Made by a program: the position numbers and the translations under genes. Below are positions 54,732-64,000 of a stretch of DNA of 64,000 bases, in pieces. Origin of the DNA: Camelus dromedarius (taxonomy: Eukaryota); assembly GCF_036321535.1 (NCBI RefSeq), contig NC_087437.1:38442001-38506000 (forward strand). The letters are read 5' to 3'. A model generated the notes under the pieces. That model was not told the DNA's origin. It worked only from the letters and a program-made list of their open reading frames with translations, and searched no databases. The stretch's first letter is position 1; the number at the start of each line of letters is the position of its first letter.

Positions 54732-54866
54732 CAGGGATCCATCTTGGGTCAGAAGGCCTCCAGGGAGGCACACTGTCTGGTCATCCTGGGCAGAAATTCG
54801 ACCAGGCCCAGAGACTCTGGCCCAGCTTGGAAGGAACTGAGTAAGTAGAAGTCTGTGAGTCAGCAT
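54732..54866 (-). pseudogene. SELENOO: SELENOO-like pseudo-exon A (probably exon 6 equivalent), 135 bp
   Basis: Acceptor catcttcag|ATGCTGAC and donor CCCTG|GTAAGT; in-frame TGA at 54749-54751; small deletions relative to recalled SELENOO. Confidence 0.88.
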
Positions 54867-55084
54867 CTGAAGATGCAGCTACTTAAGGCACTGAGAGGCA
54901 GGGTTAGGGCTCTGCACTTTTTCTCTTGTAACACTGTCCAGTCACCAGAATGACCCACGCTTCTCTGTGCAACAGACATGTGTAGAGCCCTGCTAAGTAT
55001 CAGGTCCAGGGACTTCTACCCACTCCTCTTCAGCCTGTTCCTCAGCCCCACCTGTCTGCCACCCAACTCAGCCACCCTTCTGTA

Positions 55085-55160
55085 AACCTGGCAGGTCACT
55101 CAGTCTCTCAAAGCATCTAAGCCCAGTTTCTTCATTTGTAAAATGGATAAATATAGGGAA
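55085..55160 (+). mobile_element. MIR fragment inside the GC-rich block
   Basis: acctggcaggtcactcagtctctc...cccagtttcttcatttgtaaaatgga. Confidence 0.7.
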
Positions 55161-55359
55161 GTCACTGAGGTCAGCTCCTGGCCCTCATTACTGTAGTCTC
55201 AATCACGACTGCTTACTTCAGGAGCTATAGATCGTTGAGAAGAAGCCCCTAAAACATACTGAGCATAGGGCTCAACACAGGACACATAATGTGAGGTCTT
55301 CAACTTGACTTCTTAAAACAAACTGTCACCATAACTCCTAAGAAAACATCCAAAAAATG

Positions 55360-55362
<3 letters not shown>

Positions 55363-55398
<36 letters not shown>

Positions 55399-55432
55399 AA
55401 AAAGAGAGGGGGAGAGAGAGAGAGAGAGAGAG
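55363..55432. repeat. (AC)n then (GA)n compound microsatellite
   Basis: Directly visible. Confidence 0.95.
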
Positions 55433-56339
55433 AAGGAAATCAAAACAGAATACTACCCGAAAATCAACATGAAAGCAATGATGGACAAAATGAGGGACAA
55501 AAAGGTATATGACATACAGAAAACAAATAGCAAAATGGCACAGAGTTTTTTGATATTCTGCCAAAGGAAAGAAAATTACTTCCTTCTCAGTAATCACTTT
55601 AAAAGTAAATGGATTAATTTCACCAATCAAAAAGCAGAGATTGACAGAATGGATCCAAATTCACACTGTCTATAAATGACTCACTTTGGACTCAACACAA
55701 GTTGAAGGTGAAAGGATATAAAAATAGCCCATGAAAAATAGTAATCTAAAGAGACCTGAGGTGCCTAATATATAATATTAGACAGAAAACACTTTAGATT
55801 AAAAAAACTTGTAAAAGATAAAGAAGAACATTATCTATTGATAAAAGAGTCAATTTATCAAAATGTGACAGTTATAAAGAAAATGCACCAAACAGCAGAA
55901 CCTCAAAATATACAAAGCAAACATTTATGGAATTGAAGGGATAAACAGAACAGTTCTCTAATAAGAGTTGCAGACTTTGATATTCTGCTTTCAATGATTG
56001 ATAGAACATCTAGACAAAAGATCAGTAAGCAAATAGAGGACTTGAACAACACTGTCATCTAACTAGATCAAAAGAAATATATCTCTATCCCTATCTGTCT
56101 ATCTGTCTGTCTGTCTGTCTGTCTATCATCTATCGAACACTTTACCCAACTAGAGAAGAACATACTATCTTCCCAAGTGCACATAGGATATTCTCCAGGA
56201 CAGACTATATGTTAAGCAATAAAACAAATTCTTCATACACTTAAAAAGACTGGTAACTTCTGCAACTACAGTAGAAAGCTGGGAATCATGAATGTAAGGA
56301 AAACTGGAAAATTCACAACTAACGTGAAAATGAAACAAC

Positions 56340-57710
56340 TTTTTTTTTTTTTTTACTATTTTAAAACTTGCTTAAATTTTCTAATTTTAAAAATTGTATA
56401 ATGAGTTATTAATTTTTACAGTATGAGTTGTTATTTAAATATTTTTCCATGTACTGATTTACTGGTTGTGTATTTACTTGTTTATTTATTGCAGTATAAT
56501 TGACTTATAATATTTTGTTAGTTTCAGGTGTACAGCAAAGTGAATAGTTATTCATATATATTTTTTCAGATTATTTTTTATTTAGGTTATTAGAAGTTAT
56601 TGAATATAGTTCTCTGTGCTACACAGTAAATCCTTGTTTTTTATCTATTTTATATATAGTTGTGTGTATCTATTAATCCCGTGCTCCTAATTTATCCCAC
56701 CTACCGCTTTCCCCTTTGGTAACCATAAGTTTGTTTTCTATGTCTGTGAGTCTGCTTCTGTTCTGTAAATAAGTTTATTTGTATTATTTTTTAGATTCTA
56801 CATATAAGTGATATTACCTTATATTTTTCTTTCTCTGTGTGACTTACTTAACTCAATCTGATAATCTCTAGGTCCATCCATGTTGCTGCAAATAATAATA
56901 TTTTATTCTTTAATATGGCTGAATAATATTCCCTTATATATATATACACACACACATAACATCTTCTTTATCCATTCATCTATCAGTGGACACCTAAGTT
57001 TTCTATGTCTTGGCTATTGTAAATAGTGCTGCTATGAACACTGGGGTGCATGTATCTTTTCCAGTTAGAGTTTTCATCTTTTATGGATATATGCACAGGA
57101 GTGGGATTGCTGAATCATATGTAACACTATTTTTAGTTTTTTAAGAAATGTCCATACTGTTCTCCATAGTGGCTGCACCAATTTACATTCCCACCAACTG
57201 TGTAGGAAGGTTCCCTCTTCTCCACCCCCTCATCAGCATTTATTTGTAGAATTTTAATGATAGCTGTTCTGACCAGGGTGAGGTGGTACCTCATTGTGAT
57301 TTTGCTCTGAATTTCTCTAATAATTAGTGATGTTGAGCATCTTTTTATATGCCTTTTGGACATCTGTATGTCTTCTTTGGAAGAATGTCTATTTAGGTAT
57401 TCTGCCCATTTTTCTGATTGAATTGTTTGTGGGGTTTTGTTGTTATTATTGAATTTTATGAGCTGTTTGTATATTTTGTAAATTAAGCCCTTGTTGGTTG
57501 CATGGTTTGCAAATATTTTCTCCCATTCCACGGGTTGTCTTTTTGTTTTGTTTATGGTTTCCTTTGCTGTGAAAGAGCTTCTAAGTTTGATTAGGTCCTA
57601 ATCAAATTGTTCATTTTTGCTTTTATTTCTTTTGCCTTGGGAGACTGATCTAAGAAAATATTGCTCAATTTATGTCAGAGAATGTTTTGCCTCTATTCTC
57701 TTCTAGGACT
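56340..57710 (-). mobile_element. Younger 5'-truncated L1 (ORF2 C-terminus plus 3' UTR) nested in an older L1
   Basis: The ORF at 57133..57531 ([23 protein letters not shown]...MRYHLTLVR...[12 protein letters not shown]) is L1 ORF2p; poly-T at 56340-56354. Confidence 0.92.
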
Positions 57711-59364
57711 TAACACACTTTTCATCAACCAATGAGTCTAAAACTAAATAAGAAGAGATATTAGAAAATACTTAGGTATGAAAATTAAAACATAGCATAT
57801 CAAGACTAATGAGATACAGCAAAAGCAGTGCTCAGGGGAAAAATGTATATCTGCAAGTGCCTGTATTAAAATGAATGACTCAAATCAATAACCTAACTTT
57901 ACACCCAAGGAACTGGAAAAAGAAGAGCAAAATAAGCCAAAATTAGCAGGTGGGAAGGAATAATAAAGATTAGAGGGGAGATAAATGAAACAGAGAATAG
58001 AAAAATAGTAAGAGAAAACCAACGAATCCTAGATTTGGTTCTTTCAAATGATCAACAAAATTGACAGATGTTTAGCTACATGGGAGAATGGCAAAAATAA
58101 AATAGCAAAATTATTGAATAAAAGTATAAAACTTGCATGAGTAACAGGATTTACCTCAAGGCATCTATTTTATTTTGTTTTGGTTTGTTGTAAACTCCAC
58201 CACATGACTTTAGCACCCTCTTTTGGATCCAACTTTTCCCAAGAGTGGCATCTCTTATTCTCCCAAAAGAGAAAACAAGTAATCATCATGTAGCTATGGG
58301 AAGAACAGCAATTCTGAATTCTCTTATGAACAGTAGAAAAAAATTGAAAATGTGCTAAGTTTACAAAAAAATCAAAGCTGCAAAAGGCTCCAGCAACCAA
58401 GTGATATTTATCACCAAGAAATATTCTTGATATAAAAAAAGAACATGGTGTTTAAATTTTGAGGAGAGGCATTTACTACCCAGAATTAAATCAGTTTTAT
58501 AACTTGCAGGCTGCTTTAATCTGTCACAGGAAGGAAGAATGATGATTATGTATTACAAGTAGTTAAAGGTGTGGTTTTTAAAAACAATTATTTGAGTTAG
58601 GATGAACCTGAGAACATAAAATGGTCTCATGACCCATCCCATCTGTTATGTTTGGAATAGTCCTAGACAGATATATGGCATAATAATAAATAGTCTTCTA
58701 AGTTAATAAATTTAAAAGTGTGTTTTTCATTATCAAAATCACTAACTAGCATTTACTGGAAGCTTGACTCTAATGGCTATTGACCCTGTAAAGAGTAAAA
58801 TTTAAATAGAATGCTTTCCTGCAAGACAGACATTGTAGTCAGTCATGTCAAATAGAGTGATTTTGTCTTGTGCAAGTTTTAATTTTCAGTGATTCTGTAT
58901 CTGATAGATATATACTTGAGACAGAGTGGAATAGAGAATTGCACATGTTCAATATAAATATATCCAAGAATGATAAGAACTAGGATTTTATAAAACTGTC
59001 CAGTAATCTACAAAATATTAAGGTAAGATAATTAAATCACTAGAGATACAAACCACACAGCTGGGCACTCACATCATTCGTTCACTGGATACCTTGTTCC
59101 TGAACATGGCAAATATGATCACCACCAACTGTGTGACAAGATATCCTCTTCATGAATACCAGTGGCAGGACACATATATTCAGGCCTCTTTTGCCACACC
59201 TGACTCTGATATTACCCTGCACCCTGAAGAACGTTCCATTGTGAAGAAACTCTTAATCTCTGTTTCAGTTTGATCTATAGTGATGTCTTCAAAGTTAGTT
59301 TTAGTTGCTTATGCCATGACTACATGTCCTGCTCAGTTATCAGTAGCATTCTGAATGCTAATAA

Positions 59365-59785
59365 ACATTGCCAACATCTATTGAGTACTGGATGCCAAGG
59401 ACTGTGCTAAGGTTTGGAATTTGTATTAGTTTATTCAAAAATAAAAATGAATGTATAAACTACGTATCATCATTATTCTCATTTTACAGATGAAAGAATA
59501 AGATTCATAAAACTTAAGACTTGCTAAAGAAAATAAAGGATAGAAGCTATAATTCAGAATTCAAATCCAAGCAATTGGATTCTTTTTATTATTATTATTG
59601 AAGTATAGTCATTTTACAATGTTATGTTGATTTCTGGTGTACAACATAATGTTTCAGTCATACACAGACATGCATATATTCCATTTCATATTCTTTTTTA
59701 TTATTGGTTACTACAGGGTATTAAGTATGGTTCACTGTGCTGTGAAGCAGTTGGATTCTTGATCCAGCAATGCTAAGGCTTCACA
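59365..59785 (-). mobile_element. MIR SINE interrupted by an L1 tail
   Basis: aacatctattgagtact...gccaaggactgtgctaag...attattctcattttacagatgaaagaa...gaattcaaatccaagc. Confidence 0.75.
59585..59744 (-). mobile_element. Short lineage-specific L1 3' end
   Basis: attgaagtatagtcattttacaatgtt...tttctggtgtacaacata; 16-bp TSD aagca(a/g)ttggattctt at 59569-59584 and 59745-59760. Confidence 0.92.
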
Positions 59786-60879
59786 GGCTTTCATTTAATC
59801 CCACAGTAACATGAAATGACAACATCCTGAAATTTTATCCTTGGTGTACTGAATCCTCAGACCCATTATGCCATTTCTAAGTTGAAATTTTTAGTAAAAT
59901 ATCACGTATCATTATCAAACTGAGGCTCTCTCATAGAAATAAAGATACATTCAAGTGTCCTCAAGGACAATTTTTTTTTTTAAGGACAACTTCTTAAAGA
60001 ACATGTCTACAACTGCATCCTTTAGTTTTGTTTATTTCTAATTATTTATTTGTTGTTTTTGCTGTAACAAGTCTCCATTTTTCTTTATAAAAATACAGAT
60101 GTTTCCCACTTCTATTTCACAATTTGACAGATAAACTTAGCTGAATTTACGAATCAAGGAAAAGAGCCCTCTAATATTTTTTCAAGTCCATGGGAAAGCA
60201 GAGAATGGGCAAAGCTTACCCTTCTCGCTCCATAAAACATGGTCTCCCTTGTTTCTCTCATCTGTACTGCTGCACCAGCCTGATGTGTAAGGGGATAGTA
60301 TTTTTTGCCACTAAGAAAGGAGAAAAAGTATCAGGAATGGCTACCAGTGCAATCTATTCTAGAAAAGCAATCTTAGACTTGATAAAGAGGACATTCCTCA
60401 CAAAATAGTGCCATCATTGAGGTCGAGATTCAATAACCACATCCAGAGGAGAAGCAGCCTTAATGAAGCAGCAGAAACATGTATAGAGAGCTGTTAGACA
60501 CCCTTCATTCTATCTGAGTCATAAAAATATTTTGAAAGAATTAAGGTAACAACCTAAAGAGGGACTTGCTTATTCAGATCCAGGTTGTTAAAACAGTCAA
60601 AGCATAGAGCAGAACAGTGTTATTTTGTTATTTTGTTATTTTGTTCTGTCTTGTTTAAATTTTCTTGTTTTGAACAAAATATGCAAAACAGTTTTAAGTG
60701 TCTTCAGCATTTTTATAAACATCATCTATCTTTGTTTTAGTATTTCCTATGCTACTTTTACAGTTGTGTGAGAGTTCTCTCTTATTTGTTATTCAATACA
60801 TTGCCAATCCATTATTTGTTTATATAACTTAATCAGTCAGTTTGTCAGGAGAGCTACACTTATTGATACACTGTATCTC

Positions 60880-61130
60880 AATCCATCCATTAATTAATTT
60901 AACTAGTAAAAGTTAGACGCTTACTACGTTTCAGGCACCATAATAGGTTTAGGTAAGCAGAGAGTAAATAAAAGACGAATCATCCTTCTGCTTAGAGAGT
61001 TTACAGTCTAGGTAGTCTGATGTTAAACAAATAATCAAACAATGAATAGTTCCAAGTACGATGGAAGAGCTATGATGGAAAAAATCCACTGAATATGGAT
61101 GTTTATTAGAGGGTTTCCAAGGAAAATCTG
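60880..61130 (-). mobile_element. L2 3' end
   Basis: gcttactacgtttcaggcacc...ccttctgcttagagagtttacagtctag. Confidence 0.6.
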
Positions 61131-63106
61131 TCAAGGCACATATATGAAAAATTATAAGAAAGCATACGTTTTGAAAGAGAAAACAGTATTTCAGGTTGAG
61201 GAAATACAAAGACTCTAGAGTAGAAATAGGTATTGTATGTTCAATAAACTGAGAGACAAATGTGGGACAAAATTCCATTATTTTCACTAGCCATATAAAG
61301 ACTATCTCCACCTAAACCTGCCATAAGTAAGCATCCAGCCAGCAGGAGAGTAATAGCATCCTTATCTAAGATGCTTCTGAAAAGGGTCAATATCTCCAAT
61401 AAGAGTTATGGTCGTGAACATTAGAGAGAGAGAGAGAGCGTGCGTGCTCAATCCTTCTAGAGCTCTTTACTGTTCATTGAGGAGTGGCCAGTTTAAACAG
61501 TTGTCATTTTTGCTTTGATCCCCAAGATTTGACTTCTCTGCTAGTTTCCCATACTTCCATACATATACCCCAATACAGAAGACAAAGAGAGGTGGGAAAA
61601 AAAAGAAAACTGGAGCCTAGCACTGAAAACCAAAAGTAGGGTAAAATGCTGATCTATCACATCAGATTTCTACTAATTAAATTCCTAGGGCTGTATCTTG
61701 CCTGTAGCATGTTTACATTCTTTGCGCAGGATTCTCATCAGTGCACGTTAAAAACAATTTCTGACTAGCATCTCATAGTGCTGCCTTCCACCAAACTTTC
61801 CTCCTTGATTTGTTAACCTAGCTTCTACCATACCTGCAAATGAATGTTATTTCCTGAATTTGATTTTAATTATCATGTAATACTATTGTTCTCTTTTTAA
61901 AATTCATCTTCATTCCTGTCTCCTTTCCTCTTCATTATTTTCTTCTGTTCCTTACTCTTTTTAAATTATAAATAATTATTATATTAAAAACCCTGCGGTG
62001 TTGATGTGGACCACCAAGTGTCTTTTCAAACTCTGAAGCTATTCTTACTTAAATAGTTTCTTCTCCTTAGCCTCTAAAGGCTAATTTCCCCTTTGATGAG
62101 TCATCAGCATATGGGGGTCTGGGTCACACTGCTTATGTTTATTTTAGGTATGGCCCTATCAGTGTGGGGATTTCATCATTCTTGTTTTCATATTTGTTTT
62201 ACTTGTCAGCATAGGGCCAAGAAAATCTGTATTCCTTAAACTTTTTCTATCATTTAGAGAATCAAATTCTTAGAAAATCAATAATTAACAGATATTAAAC
62301 TATTAGTAGCCTTGAATTCCAAAACTTTTTTTACATCCATAAAATATTACTATACTAATATTTAGTACCATATATCCAGTATTGGATAGGTGGTCTGCCA
62401 TCTGTTTGCACTATAATCTGTTTCTCTCTTGCCATCTCTCTTTCCATTCCCCCCTCTCTCTTGCTGATTTCCGAATGTCCTTTATGTTGCCATCTCTTTT
62501 GACTCAATTAAAAGGCTGCTTGGCCTCTACATCTACCAGGTTGCTTCTGTCATTTCAAATTATATTCCTTCTTGGCTCCATTGTTAGGTTTTACATAATT
62601 TTCAAATCATTTATTTCATAGTTTATAATGTGTGGTTAAAATCTCATTTTTTTGATTTACAAACTAAATATTAGATAAATTTCCTGGTTTTATTTTCTCT
62701 AAACTACTGGTAAACTTTTCCACTGTCATCACTCTTCTCTAGCAACTATCACTTGTATATCATAAGTTATCTCATGCTTGTATGTGAAACTTCTTTATTA
62801 TTCATGTCTAGTTTTAGTTAAAAATGATTCTGTTCTTTATAGTCTTATAGGAATACGTTAACAGTTATTATCTATATGATGGAAATTTAATATATAGATA
62901 ATAAATGAATATTTGTTAGGGTTTTTGTTTTGCAATGACTAATCAGTTCTCTCTTGAAGGGGAAAAATAAACATCTGTAATAAATAGTATCAAGTAAAAG
63001 CACCGACTTAAACATTGAAAGAAGTGAAAGTACTTATAAATAAGATTAGACTATGGAAAGATAAAGTAATATAATAATAAAATAAAGAGATAATATAATA
63101 TATAAG

Positions 63107-63557
63107 TGTGCTAATTTCCTATTGCAGCTGAAACAAATTACCACACATTTCCATAGAACAACACAAATTTATTATCCTTAGTTCTGGAGTCCAGAAGTCC
63201 AAGATAAGTCTCACTAGGCTAAAGTCAGTGTGTCAGCAGAGCTGGTTCTTTCTTGGGGCGCCCAGGTACTCCTTATTCTTTGCTCTTCCAAGCCTCTAAC
63301 GTCTACCTGTTTCATTGACTAGTGACTACATCACTCTAACCTCTGCTTTCATCACATTTACTTTTCTTCACTCTGACCTTCTTATGAGGACCCTGTGATT
63401 TTATTGGACCCATCTAGATAAATAAAATTAACCTTTGTCTCAAAATGCTTAACTAAATCAGATGTGCAAAGTATCTTTTAGTATGTAAGGAAACATTTTA
63501 TAGGTTCCAGGGATAATGACATAGGCACACGTGTGCAGACATTATTCCATAGTAATA
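63107..63557 (-). mobile_element. MaLR solo LTR (MLT1C-like)
   Basis: aacaaattaccac...aacaacacaaatttattatc...gttctggagtccagaagtcc...ttatgaggaccctgtgattttattggaccca...aggttccagggat. Confidence 0.85.
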
Positions 63558-64000
63558 TATGGGACACTTTTTAAAAATTAAAAGCAAAATGCCAATGTTA
63601 AGTTTTATTCTTTTCATGGCAAGTGACCCCAAATCACAGGTATATATACACTAAAGAGTAATTTTCATAGTTTTCTTTAATTTGATATTATATTCACTTC
63701 TATTTGAACTTCACAGAAATTCTAGTAATATGTGGGGCAAATTCTATGATTCCACTCTGCCGTGAAGGACATAGATACGGTATATTCTAGTTACTTGCTT
63801 AGGTAGCATGTATAATTGTATAATTAGAGACAGGTTTAGGGCTAAAATCCAAATTCTTAAAACTTAGTCAAGTGTATTCCATATTATTTTCCAATATTGT
63901 TTCTTAAAAGAGAAAATAATCAGCAACTGTAAGGATAGAAAAAATGTCTAAAAAGCCTAATCCCAGTAGTACTGGTTCTTCAAGTTGGAAAATACTTTGT

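Larger units (their letters stand above)
53136..54866 (-). pseudogene. SELENOO: Unprocessed SELENOO (selenoprotein O)-like pseudogene fragment: three exons, two introns
   Basis: Minus-strand translation gives FYLLSSFQAGPESLGLVEFLPRMTRQCASLEAF*PKMDP | QLSMMLMQAQ...ELEHLE*HLQLEQPRPAKLLSRNRDPRPDWIQ | ...VHANSL**VPQNRAPNAVRAAGTKNPDFSE. This is collinear with recalled SELENOO (FYLLSSFPVELESPGLAEFLARLMEQCASLEELRLAFRPQMDPR QLSMMLMLAQ...ELERVEQQSRLEQLSAAELQSRNQGHWADWLQ...[29 protein letters not shown]), and splice sites lie at the homology edges. Confidence 0.9.
55315..58125 (+). mobile_element. Old L1 inter-ORF and ORF2 endonuclease region, split by a younger antisense L1
   Basis: tcagtaatcactttaaaagtaaatggatt...atcaaaaagcagagattg...agaggacttgaacaacac...gaaacaac // aacacacttttc...aaatcaataacctaactttacac. 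Confidence 0.85.

Noticed and set aside
54749..54751. In-frame TGA in the SELENOO-like exon read as a selenocysteine codon
   Set aside because: It aligns to an Arg (AFRPQMDP), consistent with CpG decay. The SELENOO Sec is at the extreme C-terminus, and TAA/TAG stops and frameshifts occur nearby.
57133..57531. 132-aa ORF as a host gene
   Set aside because: It is a fragment of L1 ORF2p. The same applies to 19816..20094 and 16277..16477 (L1 ORF1p).
60205..60260. Minus-strand GAGACCATG...AAGG|GTAAGC as an upstream SELENOO exon end (ETMHLT)
   Set aside because: Only ETM matches; the following codons and the donor position do not fit.

Overview
Mammalian non-coding genomic DNA. It is AT-rich, CpG-depleted and dense in repeats (L1, L2, MIR, MaLR/ERV LTRs, MER/Tigger DNA transposons). 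A tRNA-derived Vic-1-type SINE and the young L1 3' tails point to a camelid (inference from recalled consensus sequences). I found no intact protein-coding gene, and most of the ORF track is spurious or L1-derived. The exception is a GC-rich block of about 2.2 kb (~53120-55310) wedged between two L1 fragments. On the minus strand it carries three consecutive, intron-separated, disrupted exons recognisably homologous to the C-terminal half of selenoprotein O (SELENOO), so it is an unprocessed pseudogene fragment lacking the terminal Sec/SECIS exon. Two of these dead exons are CpG-poor (1 and 3 CpGs). The third (53136-53294) holds 26 CpGs, a perfect NRF1 site and an intact splice donor, so it may have been converted into a small CpG-island promoter/first exon. 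Two short templated-insertion scars and several TSD-bounded nested insertions are also visible. Repeat subfamily names and SELENOO comparisons come from memory, not database searches, and boundaries of old repeats are approximate.
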